A stretch of 64,000 nt of DNA from Paraspadella gotoi (taxonomy: Eukaryota; Animalia; Chaetognatha): positions 2,369,476-2,433,475 of the forward strand of contig JBJCIZ010000239.1 of assembly GCA_051294375.1 (NCBI GenBank). Reading direction: 5' to 3'. Each line of letters starts with the position of its first letter. Within the stretch, counting starts at the first letter, position 1. Both the position numbers and the translations under genes were made by a program. Below the pieces are notes generated by a model, which saw only the letters and a program-made list of their open reading frames with translations, was not told the origin of the DNA and did not search any database. This document shows, piece by piece, positions 41,412 to 56,622 of the stretch.

Positions 41412-44400
41412 ATGAGTTGGAAACCTTTCGGCAAGAGCGCCGCTTCTTCTCGCCGCTCCAACGTTTTCATCCAGGGCCTCGATCGAGATATCGATCGCGA
41501 GCACAAAAAGTTGGAACAATTGGACGAAACCACGAAAAAGTTGATGAAAGACTTGAAAAAGTCAAACTATTCCACGAACGGTTTCGCTCAGGCTAACCTC
41601 AAGGTAATGGCCAACCTGAAGACGAGCGCCTTTTACTCGAACGACGAGGTCTTTGCCCTTAACGTCGACGAGTGTTTCCAAGCGGCCAAGGAGCTCGAGA
41701 ACGCCTCGCAGTCCGTCATCTCCGTCACCAACAAGACTGCGGTAAAGGACGTTGATCTTTACTCTGATCATTTGTTTGTTTTTTTTTTGCTTGGTTCGTC
41801 GATATTGTTCTTCAATTGTTGTTTAATTTGTTAGTTTTCATAAATGTTATGTTCTGTTATATTCGCCATATTTAGGGGTTCACATTTTCAACCCTTTATT
41901 ATATTTAGTATTTACAAGCTATTTTTTTATTACAGTTGCGGCAAAAATTTTTTTATTACTTTATCAAAAATGAAAAACGTTATAGTAGTTCATTAAGTAC
42001 TATGTCTCTTGACTCAATAATGACACAACTATGAGTGAGACTCGATCGTCCCGCTCTGCTGGACGAGGTCACGGACGGACCACTTCTCGTTATCTCGATC
42101 CCACATCATCCTTTCGCTTGGAGGACATTTCCTCGGCCATAGAAAACGCCAACGAAAATCTAAAAGGCATCGACGACCTTGTCCAAAATTATTCGCAAGT
42201 CACCTCCCTTCAATCCGAAACTATTAAGAGGCTAAAGTCGGATCTACGAAAGAGCCAGTCCGGGACCGCCGATTTCGATGATGACCGGAACGTCGCTCGT
42301 CCAGAAGCGCGCACTTTTTATTATCCTCATTCTACTTACCAAGAAAACTGTTCATCCTTGCCAAACTATTCTTATACTTGCTCTCAAAACTATACTCGGC
42401 CATTGAGTTATTCCGAGCGCGTTGAAGCCCCTCTCGGGAAATTGGAGATGGAAGACTCTCTAGATCGACGCGGTCATGAGAAAGAAAAATGGAGAACCAT
42501 GAATAGGTTTATGGAGAAAGTCAAGGAAGGAAACAACGATACTCGAAACGATCTTAAGGAAGTTCTGGATCGACGACTCGGCGACATGGAGAAAACGCTT
42601 CAAGATTCCAAGGGATTGTCCCTAAAGGCTTCTAACAATATCAGTGATCGTCTTGGATTAGCCCGAGCTCGCCCAAATCCGACCCTTTTTTCGTTCCCGA
42701 GAGGTGAAAAGGATATTGGGGCGAGCGCCGTGTTGGACAACGTTTCCGCGGAGCTCAAGAAAGCTTTGAAGGAGGAAGAAGAGAGGCGCGTGGAGGATGA
42801 GGAGTCATTTTTCGCCGACATCGTTACTCCGAGAAAGACCGACGAAAAGGGACACTCTAACTGGCTAAAAATGAAGAAGGACGAGAACAAGATTCTGCGC
42901 GAGAATTTAGAAGGATTGAAAAGGGAGATGAATCAAGTGAAGGGCGGGGAAGGATTCTTTTTGACGCGAATCGAAGAACTGGAGAGACAAACGGAGGATT
43001 ATCAGCGGGAAAAAGAGAAAGCTTCTCTGATGGTGGAATCCTTGAAATCGAGACAGGACGAACGTTTAGCCGTTGAAAAGAGGAACAGAATTTTGGCGGA
43101 TAACGAGAATTGCGAGTTGAGAAAGGAAAACTCGAGGTTGATGCGTCAAATTAACGATGCCAAAGAAGAGGCGAGGGATTACAAACGTAGTTCTAAGGAT
43201 TTTAATGAAATTGATGTGAAAGGATTGCGAGATGAATTAAGTAAGAAGGACGCCTTAATAAAAGAGCTTTCTGTTAAGATTAGAGAGATGCAAGGTTCGG
43301 AATCCAATACCAAAGAAGAAACTCAGGAGGCGATTCGTTCGGCGGACGAAATGCGGCAGAGTTTAACCAAATTAGAAGAGGAAAAAGATTCTCTATGCGA
43401 CGAAATTCGGGAGTGTCGGGAGCGAATTTTGGCTCAGAAAGATAAATACGAAGAAATGACGAGCAAAGCTCACGATGCGATAAGACAGTGGAAATTAAAG
43501 GTGAAAAAGCTGGAAGGCGAAAATAAATCGTCGGAAGAATCGTTTCAGGAATTGAGAACCACCAACGGCGATCTCGTTCGCGAATTGGAGAAGCACAAGT
43601 CCGACTCTATCAAGAACGGAGAGCGAGGAGAAAAATTACTCGGCCAAGTGGAAGAATTGGGAGAAGCCAACTCGCGTCTTGAAGAACAACTTCGCATCAT
43701 GGAAATTCAGAACGAGGAGATGAAATCGGAACTACTGGAGAAAAATTCCGTGGTAAAGGATCTACGAAACGGACGCGAAGTTATCGAAGCCGAGGCGATC
43801 GAACTGCGAGCGAAAGTGAAAGAAGGGAGAGAGGAGAGATCCTCGCTCGTTGACAAACTTAAAGAATCGAACGGCGAATTGAATAGATTACAAAGAAATC
43901 TTGAGTCGGTCGAAAATTGGCGAGAAAATCGACTGGAAAACGATGATCAAAAAGAGAAAGTTATCGATGAGCTCAGGACCAAAATAGATGAACTTACTCG
44001 AGCGAAGCGTCGACTAGAAGCCGAGAACGATGAACTGAGAACGACATCAAATCAAGAAAATAAACGATCAGAAAATAAAGTTGCGAATTTAGAGACGAAA
44101 TTAGCAGAAGCGAAAGAGCGCGAGAGTGAAATCTTGCAAGAGTCATCGAACCAGCGGATTCTTACTGAAGCAGAAATGCAGCGTTTGACGATCGAGCTGG
44201 AAGAAAAAAGTGGTACTTTTGAAGAGTCTAATCTCGTCACTATTCGAACTTTGGAAGACAACTTGACGAAATTAGAGCGAGACCACGAATTCTTGACCCA
44301 AAAAAACCATGACAATCAAATGAAATATATTAAGATGAAAGAAAGATTAGAAGAACACGATCAGGTCATGCGGGAGTACAACAGCCGTTTAGTTGGCATG

Positions 44401-46114
44401 AACGCCAAATACGACGATCTCAAAGAGACCCTTCATCGAAAAGAACGGGAATTGCTCGAGCTCTTCCGCGCCATCGATTCGGATTTAGACGAACTCGTTA
44501 TTCTCGCATCTCGTTGTTCGACGCTCGAGTTTTCATCCAAAGCCCTCATTACGGTGACGCCCTCTACCGCCGACGGCGACTCGTTGTTTAAAGCTTTAAG
44601 GCCCAAAGTCAAATGGGTCTGCGAAGCGATGGCCAATCTCGGAGGCGAATTGAACGACGTCAAATCCAGCCTGGTCGCCCTCAATCACGAAAACGAAACT
44701 CTTCGCCAAAAAGTCGAGGACGAAAAAGTCAAACGACACCAACAAGATGCCGATCACGACGCCCAAGTAAACGACATTCATCCAATTTGGGCTCACTTTC
44801 TTCGTTCGCCGAAACTCACGCGGCGCGGGACATTCGTCGCTTACAGTCGCTATCCAGCTCGGATCCCCTCACTCCGACGGAAGTCTTCCAGATTTCTCCT
44901 CGATCCAAAGGGGAGATCGAGAAGCGATACCGCAACTACAAATCCTCCGTGGATAATCTTCAGCGGGACTTGATCGAAGTGACTAACGCCACACCGAGAG
45001 TCGTTTATGCGCCGACTCCGCCAAACGTATTCCGTGGGCCTCAGTTGACGTCGACGCCGAACGGATCTTCGTTTCGGCCGTTGCAGAAATCGCCCTAACT
45101 GCTCGTGTTTAAAATTGGAATGCTTGTTTTTACATACTACTGACTTATTACTCTAATACTATTAAAATTGCCATAGAGTTTTAAGAAGTACCTTTTTGTT
45201 ATCTTCCCTTCTCCATAAATTTTTTTTATAGATTTTTGCTAGTCACACTATTGTTACTGTTAGTGACTGTTAATGGTTGTTTTCTTCATTTTCATATATA
45301 TATATTTTTTTTTTTTGACGCGGTGCAATCAAGCGTGAATCAAACATTTTTTTTGACACAAAATAGTACATAATATCTTAAACTGCATCAGATTAGTGTG
45401 TCTTTGTTAACAATTTGGTTCCTTATTTTTGAAGTTGCATTTGTAAGGTTTTGAAATATTAGATTGTTGTTTTATTATTAATATTTAGTTTTATGTCTGT
45501 TTTTAGCCATTGTATTAATCCTTTCAGTCTGTCTGTTTTAAAAAGTTATTTTTTAAATATTTTTTTTTATTCAAATGGCAAAATTATTTAAAAACATGAT
45601 CTCAAAAATTTACCTTTAGAAAACTTATTACTATTTTTTTTATCATTATTACTCAGGTGGAGCCGGTTAAAAAAATATCCACCGTGTTCCCGGCCGCCCA
45701 ATCGGAACTAAAGAGGCGCAAAGAGAAAGCGGACGAGATGGAAAAGCTGCAGGTCAAAGCGGAGAAGATCCGCGAGAAAGATCGAACTGGTCCCAATATC
45801 GTCAAACTGGACGCGGCGGAAAAAAGTTTAGATCAGGCCAGGCGCGACTTTGATATCGTCAACGAGGCTCTACTCAGGGATCTCGTGGAATTTGATCAGA
45901 GGCGTGCCGAGTATTTCCAACCTTTGGTCGAATCTTTAGCGTGCGCTGAAGCCCTTTCTGCAAAGAATCGACTCGAGCCTGCGAGAAGGCTTTAGTGAAC
46001 ATGAAAGTCAGAAACGAACAAGGAACCGTCGTTTGCGCGAGTCTGGATGCGAGCAAAAAATCTGTTCAGGAAAAGTTGAACGAAATAAAAAATTTGTCTA
46101 TTGTTTCGAGGTGA
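41412..46114 (+). CDS. BIN3: Bridging integrator 3 (BAR domain); two exons, apparent 1-nt deletion near 45956
   Basis: MSWKPF, KKLEQLDETTKKLMKDLKK, VEPVKKISTVFP, EKDRTGPNIVKL, YFQPLVESL, KLNEIKNLSIV; intron 41742-45656. Confidence 0.85.
42031..45098 (+). CDS. CEP128: Centrosomal protein of 128 kDa-like coiled-coil protein nested in BIN3 intron
   Basis: N-terminal LEDISSAIENANENLKGIDDLVQNY..QSETIKRLK and AIRQWKLKVKKLE match recalled CEP128 motifs; exons 42031-44766, 44847-45098. Confidence 0.75.
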
Positions 46115-46663
46115 CAGCGCTTTGAACTCTAGTATGGTACACATGTGGGTTTTCCTGTCCCACAGTCGTTTCAGTATCGGGGGCTTCGGACTTTTATTTT
46201 TTCGTTAACTATCATGGACGCACTAAAACCGACTAGGTCATGCTTGCAAGCTTTCCATGAACCTAACACGGAACCCCGGACTAACAGTTTGTTATCGCCG
46301 ATGTTTTCAACTTTTCATTAACGTTGAGTGAAAAGATTGAATTAATTCTAATTAATTCATATTCAGAGTTACTCTATAGTCATATTTGTTTAGTCGTTAT
46401 CGCATCATGAGGTAGCTCCTATACAAAAATACATGTATTTTCTATATTTATTAAGGGCAAATGGTTGTTTTTTTTGTGATATTGGCTTTATAGGAATATT
46501 CATTTTGAAAACCCCTGTTCATTTTTTGCATCGTTGTCATTTTAAATATTATTTATGTTTTATTTATAGAATTTATGAATGAACGTTTTGTCGGGGGATG
46601 ATCCAGTTTTGACACTTGCTCAATCTCAAATTCTATCCCCCGCCCCTGGTTTTTTCCAAGAGC

Positions 46664-47401
46664 ATGATTTTGTCTTACTTTGTGATGGGCCTCAGAAACT
46701 TCGTCCTTTTCGCGGCAAAAATTTGGAGTTTTTTGCGCTACTTGTTCAAGAGGCAGGTCCGGTCCTTGATCCAGCACCAGACTATTCGTTACGAGAACTT
46801 CGCCCTCTCCCCCATTTCCCGCCAACGACTGTCGATGGTGAAACGCAAAGTCCTCGTTCTCGATCTGGACGAGACGCTGATTCATTCGCATCACGACGGC
46901 GTGATTCGACAAACCGTGAAACCGGGAACGCCGCCCGACTTTGTTCTCAAGGTGGTGATCGACAAGCATCCGGTCCGCTTCTTCGTCTACAAGCGACCGC
47001 ACCTTGACTATTTCCTCGACATGGTGAGCCAGTGGTACGACCTCGTCATCTTCACCGCCAGCATGGAGATCTACGGCGCCGCCGTGGCCGACAAGCTGGA
47101 CAACAATCGGGGCATCCTCACCCGACGCTACTACCGACAACATTGCACGCTCGACTTTGGCAGCTATACCAAAGACCTTTCGGCCGTCCACGCTGACCTC
47201 TCCTCCATCTTCATTCTAGACAACTCGCCGGGAGCCTACCGATCCTACCCCGACAACGCGATTCCCATCAAGTCTTGGTTTTCCGATCCCAGCGATACGG
47301 CACTTTTGAACCTTCTACCCATGTTCGACTCTTTACGTTTTTGTGCCGACCTTAGGAGCGTTTTGAGTAGGAATCTTCAGTTGCACAGACTTTGGCAGTG
47401 A
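46664..47401 (+). CDS. CTDNEP1: CTD nuclear envelope phosphatase 1 (Dullard)
   Basis: [45 protein letters not shown]; intronless. Confidence 0.96.
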   Translation: MILSYFVMGLRNFVLFAAKIWSFLRYLFKRQVRSLIQHQTIRYENFALSPISRQRLSMVKRKVLVLDLDETLIHSHHDGVIRQTVKPGTPPDFVLKVVIDKHPVRFFVYKRPHLDYFLDMVSQWYDLVIFTASMEIYGAAVADKLDNNRGILTRRYYRQHCTLDFGSYTKDLSAVHADLSSIFILDNSPGAYRSYPDNAIPIKSWFSDPSDTALLNLLPMFDSLRFCADLRSVLSRNLQLHRLWQ

Positions 47402-47857
47402 TTTAAACAAATCGTTACGACGTTTAAACTTTTTTTTTCTAATACGAGCACCTCTTTCCTCCATTAATTTGGTTGTCGCTTCTATATCATTGTAAAATTT
47501 GTTCATATATACATTTAATTCACATTGTCACTGTCCAAGATTATGGGGTTCTAAAATTTTCGGAATTCTGCAATCTGAAGTTACAGGAAATTTTGTGTTT
47601 TTTCACCTTGAGATGATCGAAACGTGTCTCATAAAACTTCTTTTTGAAGAAATCCTGATTGCCTAAAATCTCATGGTTATTCACCTGCTCATTTTCTACT
47701 ATCTTAACGAGAGGTAATTAGTTCTCCATTAGTAAATAAACAATTTATTTAAATTGTCGTTCTTTTACACTTGAATGGTTTTGCAGGTTTACTCAATTCG
47801 AAAAACAATTCATATCATTGTTTTCCATTCATATTTCAGAAAATTCGATGTCTAGCT

Positions 47858-49570
47858 ATGGTAAAAGTAGCTTTTCTTCATCCAGACTTAGGAATAGGAG
47901 GCGCGGAGAGACTTGTCGTCGACGCAGCTGTCGCTTTGCAGGTATCTAAATTTATTATTATTTATTTTTTCCAAATCTAATGTAAACTTTACAAAATCTC
48001 TCAAAGATTAAGGGACATGGGGTTCGGATGTTCACCGCTCACCACGACGAAACTCACTGCTTTAAAGAAACCAAAAACGGAACGTTAAACGTGACCACGG
48101 TCGGCGACTGGCTGCCGCGCAGCGTCTTGGGTCGATGCTACGCTCTCTGCGCTTATGTTCGCATGATCTACGCTGCCTTTTATCTCGCGCTGTTTTCCGG
48201 CTTCGATTTTGACGTTGTTTTCTGTGATCAGGTCGAGCGGGCATGCAGTTTATGGTGTTTAAAATTGTGATAATACTGGTCTTAATAATCTGTTTCCTTC
48301 CAGATCTCGGCTTGCATTCCTTTATTACGACTTTTATCGAGAGCGAAAATCTTGTTTTATTGTCATTTTCCGGATCAACTTTTAACGAAACGCGAAAGCC
48401 TTCTCAAGTATTTATATCGCCTTCCGATCGACTGGTTGGAGGAGACGTCCACGGGTTTAGCACACGTCGTCGTTGTTAACAGCAAATATACGTCATCTGT
48501 GTTTAAACAGGTAGTACTATAAAAAACGTCATATCACGTCATAGATAAGCAAGTCCTCTCGAATTTACTGAACTGATTGAAAGCTTTCAAAGTGAAATTA
48601 CTCACCACAGCCTGTCCAGTCTGGAGCGATGGATACATTTCGGTTGTAACAATTTTATCAATCTCTTTTAGATTGTCATTTAATTTTTGTTTTTTGTTTG
48701 CTTCTCCCAGACGTTTCGAAGATTAACCTCCGTCAAGCCGGAAGTTCTCCATCCGTCTTTGGTCTTCGACAATTTCGACTCTCCCCCCGAGCCTCCGATC
48801 TCCGACCTCTTGCCCCCTTGCCAGTTTCTCTTTCTCTCCATCAACAGATTCGAGAGAAAAAAGAATCTCAATTTGGCTCTGGAATCCGTAGCTTATCTCA
48901 AGACCCAATTGTCCTCTGATCGATTCGCCGAGGTCCACGTAGTTTTGGCCGGCGGTTACGATAACGCCAACACGGAGAACAAGGAACACTATCTGGAACT
49001 GTTACGGCTCGTGGGCGAATTGGGTCTGGAAGACAAAGTTACGTTTTTGAGATCGTTCTCAGATTCTGATAAAGGTATGCAATTGATTCTGGTCATTTGA
49101 TATTCATACTACACGGCGAGCTTCGTCCTTATCAAAAAAATTTTGTCGAAATTCCTTTAATTCCTTCAATAGTTCATCTTCTTCGTTCTTGTACCTGCTT
49201 GTTGTACACTCCGACAAACGAGCATTTCGGTATTGTTCCCGTGGAAGCCATGTACATGCGTCGACCGGTAATTGCTGGTAAGAATCAATGTTGCAACTAT
49301 TTATCTTTGACGTTCCATCGCCGTTTAAATTGTTCATCCACCTCAGTGAATAGCGGTGGTCCAACCGAGACGATTGTCCCCGACCGGACGGGCTTTTTGT
49401 GCGAATCAAAGCCGGAGGAGTTTTCCAAAGCTTTGAACAAGTTCATCGCGGATCCCAAACTGCGCGATCGGATGGGCGAACAAGGACGAGAAAGAGTCCA
49501 GAAATACTTCTCCTTTTCCGCCTTTTCTGATAAGCTCGAAGCCATCATTGCAGACATGTACGAAAATTGA
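47858..49570 (+). CDS. ALG2: Alpha-1,3/1,6-mannosyltransferase ALG2
   Basis: [58 protein letters not shown]; multi-exon. Confidence 0.96.
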
Positions 49571-49796
49571 TTACACTTCGGATGACCCCTTTTTAAAAAA
49601 AAGACGGCTGGTCCGAAAAGATAAATAGTCAAAGACAACCAACTTTCATGTAGTTTTTTTCTTTAAAACTTTTTTTCGTTACGAATTTTCAACTCTCGTT
49701 TATATTTTTTAAATTTAGAGAATTTTCCATTAAAAAACTTTCACACTAAGGCGTGTATAGTAAATTTTCGTACTTTATGGAGAAAATAAGAAATAA

Positions 49797-51784
49797 ATGC
49801 CTACCTCAAGCAGCGATGACGATTTGCCGGACGTTCCGCTCAGCGAGCGGATTGCCGCTTCTTCCATCCGCTCTTTTTCAAAGGCGAACAACGGGAAACA
49901 TCCCGAAAAACGTCCGTTAGAGATTTCCTCATCCGAAGACGAGGAACCTCCGTTACGGACAATCTCGAAACCCCAAATTGACTGCGGACGAAAGAGAAAA
50001 AAAGAGGAAATGCTGGAGAAAAAATTAGAAAAAGAGAAAAAAGCCGCCGGTAAAAAATTAGAGGCTCAGAGAATTAAAGCGTTAAAGCCTGGGGAATCTC
50101 CGAAGACTATCGTCGTAGATATTGACTCATCTTTGCTCGAGACCGATTTTGGCGGCCTCCTCTTACAAGAGATTCAACAGCTCGGGGTGAGGTCGATTTA
50201 TTTTTTTTGTGAATTGGTCGTCAAATAGATATTTAGTCTCACGCTTGGTTTTCGAAGGCCAAATCTCAGATCGAGACCCATCCGCCGGGTCTTAATGACA
50301 CCATCTTTTTCTGGCGGACCGAGTTGACCGAAGACGATTCGGAAAGTCGGCAATTCGAACGATTCTGTGTCGTTTACTTGAAAGCCAAGGACTACGTTTC
50401 AATGGTTGCAAACAGTGTGAACAGAAATGCGGGAGTTTCTTCCGTTGACACAGGCGTCACTCTGACAGAATTTTCCAAGGCGAAAAAGACGCTAATAAAA
50501 GGGATGAATCTTACCTTCGTCGTGATGGGCGTAGAAAAACACTTTAGAAACGTGAAAACCCAACAACAGAGGGATTATCGTCAGGTGTGCTGTTTTGAAA
50601 ACCCAGAAGCAATGCATCAGATGTAATCTTTAATGCGTTTCCAAATTTAAACCAGAGGGTTCGTGGAATGGAACGGACGCCCGCAAAGATTTGGTCGGAC
50701 GTAACCCGATTTGATGTGGAAGAAAGTAAAATAGAGTTGCAACTCTTTCAGAACGTTCATGTTATTCAAGGTTTTTGTTTTTATTTTCAATTAAGTCGTT
50801 TTTAGTTGCGCTGCGAGTACTCGCGAAGCAACTCTAAAGTCACTTGTCGGTCGGTCGGTCTGTTGGTCGGTATGTCTGTCCGTCGGTCTGTCCCATATGC
50901 GTTAAAAATATTCATAACTTGCATAGTTGGTTGCTCATTTGTTAAGCCAGGAAAAAATCCTAAATCTAAGAGACTGCTTGCCCAGCCTTTAGGAAATCCT
51001 AAAACTAAAAAAAGACGGAATTTCGATGCAGTGCATGTCATAAATACAAGGTTTAAGAAAGTTTTTTAGTCATGTCTATTGTCTAAGTCTAAGGGAATTG
51101 CAGTGGAAAATAAAGTCACTGCGGCGCAACACATTGGAATCACCGTTCTTGTTATGAGTTAAAAAAGGTTTCGTTGTCGTTCACCAATCAGTTGAAACGA
51201 AGGAGGAGATGGCGGCGGCGGTCGGGCGATTCGTCAAATCGGTCGCCGAACGGCCTCACAAGATGAGCATGCGATCCCAGACGGGCAACTTGTTTTCCTT
51301 TTGTGCCGATGATAACGTCGCTTGCGTTAAACCGAATTCTCTCGGAGAAGGATTGATTAAAGGTTAACTGAAATTTGGTGAAATCGTTAATTAGAAATTC
51401 AATTAAAGATTTATTCCTGATAAATGCACATAGCTTGGAAGACACAGCTGTCTCAATTCACGTTGGTTTCTGACGATGTGGCGGCGACGATCGTGTCGGC
51501 ATATCCATCTCCGCAGCGATTACGAGCGGCTTTTCGAGATAGTCCTGCGCCGCATGTGAGTTAATGTTTTAAAAAGAAAAGTGTGATGAGCGGGGTTTTC
51601 CTGGCTTTACATTCCTGTTTACTTCTAACTAGCTTAATCTTTGCAGCTTTTGCTAAAAGACTTGGTTATTCGTCGTGGCGTGGGTCCTTTGGAAGGACAT
51701 CGAAAAGTTGGAGCTGAACTGTCAAAGCGCATACATACGTTTTTTACTTCCGTCGATGGCGACCTAATGCTAAGCCTGTCATAA
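49797..51784 (+). CDS. EME1: Crossover junction endonuclease subunit EME1
   Basis: Acidic/basic N-terminus, KPGESPKTIVVDID, KSVAERP, VAATIVSAYPSPQRL, LLKDLVIRRG..RKVGAELSKRI. Confidence 0.85.
50799..51153 (+). mobile_element. Short HINE/DINE-like element in EME1 intron
   Basis: TTTTTAG start, palindrome gcgagtactcgc, GTCG/GTCT/GTCC tract, subterminal IR gttgcgctgc/gcggcgcaac, ends CTTGTT. Confidence 0.75.
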
Positions 51785-51919
51785 TTTGTCGTTCTTTTTT
51801 CTACATTTAGAATTTTTTCGGGTCATAAATAAATAAATAAATAAACCGCATATCCGATTGCCTAAAACTTGCCGAAAAACATTGCATGGATTTGGAGCGT
51901 TCAGTAAAATTTCGAAACT

Positions 51920-53638
<1,719 letters not shown>

Positions 53639-53954
53639 CTGGTTAAGATGCAAATGGTGTTCATTTTAAAATCTCAACAAAAGTAAAAATGTTTATAATA
53701 AGTTCTTATCTAATTCACAAACATACTTTTGGCTTCTTTTAATCGTAAATGTAATTTTACTTTCTTTTGGTTGCCAAGCTAGTCTCGATATATTTTCCCC
53801 CAGTTCATTATGATTTGAGGGTTTTTCGACAGCGGGACTGTCACTACGATGTTTTCGAAAAATTCCTAATTACTTAGCTTTTTAATTTCGTTTACCTTTC
53901 CGTTAGAATTAACCTATTTTAATGACTCGCTACGTCTCATTATGACTTCGAACC

Positions 53955-56531
53955 ATGAATTCCAATCGGCCACACACGTCCGATATAGAAACGTCTCTGT
54001 TCCGGCGCTTCGCCATTTTCGGCCGAACCGCCTGGAAGGTTTTCCTCGTCGGCGGAACGGTCTACGCAGTCGGCTTGTGGCACATCACCGGCCGATTGAG
54101 CCGGAAACTCGATGACATTTATTCCAAGTCTTCTCCTCACACCTTGGAGCGATACAATCATTTGTATTTGATCAAAGGCGCTAAGTCCGGGTACGAAGAC
54201 GAAGAGGAAGAAGATCACGATCTCAAGTGCTATCCGCAAGAACAGCCTTGGCTGAACAAGTTCCAATTTTGGAAAAGCGAGTGGTGGCTCAACGTTTTCT
54301 GGCCGGAAAACGACGGTGATGGCCAAAATATGGTCTCTCGATTTGCCGGGGAAACTACTTCGCTTTTTCCCTTTTTTAAAATACACAAGGACGATCCGTC
54401 CTTTTTGATTAAGATGGTTCGATCCAAAAACAACATTATATGGAAATACGGAATCGATGCGCTAATGACACTCGTAAGTCTGTGAAACCACTTAATCTCC
54501 AAGGGTTTATTTTTATTTTCGTTTTTCTTTTGCGTCTTGAGGCAGTCCCACGCCGGTTGGAGGGATGAAGACTATTGGCGCGTGGCTCAGTCTCTCGATC
54601 CCAAATCGATCATCGCCATAAGTCAGTACGACAATGTAGACCCTCGCTTTTTCCTTCCCACCAAAAAGACCTTTTCCAAGAAGAAAGGGGAAGTTTTCAC
54701 CAAGTTAAGGACTCTCTTGTCTAACCTCCCGCTCGAAAGCGCCGATTTGGCCACCAAATTTTTCACGGAACAGGCTTTGAAGCTCGCCGACGATAATTTA
54801 GATGACGAGGAAGATCTCGACGAACTTTTCGAAGGTTTTCCTTTTCGACTCGGAATTGTCTTCCTTCACCTTAAAAAAGATACGTAGGGTTTTTTCTCAA
54901 TTAATTCGCAGAATCTTTTCTCGGCGGCGATCACCTCGAATACAAAGAGGCCGTGCGCCACATTTCCATGACGCCGCAAGAAAAGCAAGAATTTATTTGC
55001 CTCGAGGCCCTGGCTTGTCATTCCAAAAACAAAGAAAATTGCTCCAAGATATTAAAAATGCCGGTTTTACCGCTGCTGCTTAATTTGGTCTACGTCCAAA
55101 GCGCCGGAGAGTACGACCTCATGATCGCCGAGATCATCGGCAATATTGCCTGTTGCCAGGAATCGCTCGAGTCGATCGCTCTGGCCGGTTGGGTCGGCCT
55201 CCTCGTCCAGTGGCGCCAATCCTTGGAGTCTTCCTTCACTCTCAAGCTGGCGGCGTCTCGTGCTTTGATCAACTTGTTCCTCAACGTGACTCGTGGCGGT
55301 CGTGATTCTCAGGTTCTGAAGGATGGCGTTTATCCCTATCATCCCGCTCGCTCGTTTTTCTCCTCCGATTTTCAAGCGGATCTCGTTTTTATCCATGGCC
55401 TTTTAGGTTGGTTTTCATTTTTTCTTCCATAAATGTCTTTTTAATTACTTTAGATTTTTTTCGATTGTGACCGAGAAATTTCGATTCAATAGGCGGTGCC
55501 TCATTCACTTGGCGGCAATCTCTCGCCGGTGACGAGGATATAAAGACTAAATCCTCTCCCTCCATCGCCTCCCTTTCCTATTGTTGGCCAAAGGATTGGC
55601 TCTCCGAAGACATAAGCCAAGTCAGAATGATCGGGGTCGAGTATTACACCCAATTATCCGAGTGGGAATCCCCTCATCACTTTGAAACCAAAGAAGATCG
55701 AACGGTCGTTGCGCGCGCGAACCAGTTATTGGCCCGACTCGAAGCCGCGGGAATCGGGAATCGCCCGATCGTGTGGATAACTCATTCGATGGGCGGATTG
55801 TTGGTCAAAGAAATGTTGAGAATCGCCGCCGCGAGGGACTCCAACGACGATATTCTCGCCAATACTTGCGGTGAGCCGTCGGACCCGTGGCCCGATTCGC
55901 ACCTTTTTTTATCGTGCGTGAAGCAATTTGATCTTATATATTTTTAGGGGTTATTTTCTATGCGGTTCCTCACAAAGGAAGTCCATTAGCCGACCTCGGA
56001 ACCAATTTATTTTACATCGCTTTTCCCACCATCGAAGTTCAAGAACTCGGTTCCAGTAATAAGCCATTCCTGGATAATTTAAACGATTTCTTTTCCAAGT
56101 TGGCTGATAAGGGCATTTCTTGCCTCTCTTTTGCGGAGTTAAAGGTAGTGATCAGTGTTTTTTTCGGCGTTTGGAATTCCCCCTCGTATATTTTCGACGA
56201 CGCGCCCCATTTTTTTTTTTTTTTTTTTTTTTAGCCAACTTTGCTCGGAGAATACGTGAGTGACCGGCTAAGCGTTCACATAGTGCCTCCCGACTCGGCA
56301 GATCCCGGTTACGGACAGTTCATCCCGGTCGACGCAGATCACATGAACATTTGCAAGCCGACGAGTCGCGATTCGTATTTGTACACGATGACCGTCAACT
56401 TCGTCAAGGACTGTCTCGAGAAGCGACGAATCGAAAATGCCCTGAAGGTTGCGACGAGCGCGATCGCCGCCGACATGGAAATCGGCGACTCCGACACCGA
56501 TTCCTTCCACCTTAATTATTTCTGGGAATGA
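53955..56531 (+). CDS. SERAC1: Serine active site-containing protein 1
   Basis: N-terminal hydrophobic segment, helical repeat region, VFIHGLLG, CWPKDWL, THSMGGL, AVPHKGS, DHMNICKP. Confidence 0.88.
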
Positions 56532-56622
56532 AAAAAATACATCCTTTCAAGCCATTTCGTTTTAACGCCAACTTGTTTTTTTTTTTCTGTTTTAGCGATT
56601 GACTAGAGGTAAAAAAAAAAAA

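Noticed and set aside
44767-44973. 980-aa single-exon version of the coiled-coil gene
   Set aside because: Read-through of an 80-nt GT-AG intron; the spliced form gives a more plausible helical C-terminus
46265-46285. RNase P CR-V-like motif ACGGAACCCCGGACTA
   Set aside because: No matching CR-I strand upstream to form P4
46553-47191. 212-aa antisense ORF over CTDNEP1, and similar shadow ORFs over MCT, BTBD7 and CEP128
   Set aside because: Expected by-product of codon bias in GC-rich exons; no recognisable motifs
48540-48645. H/ACA snoRNA in ALG2 intron
   Set aside because: ACA and a short stem are present but no convincing two-hairpin fold or pseudouridylation pocket
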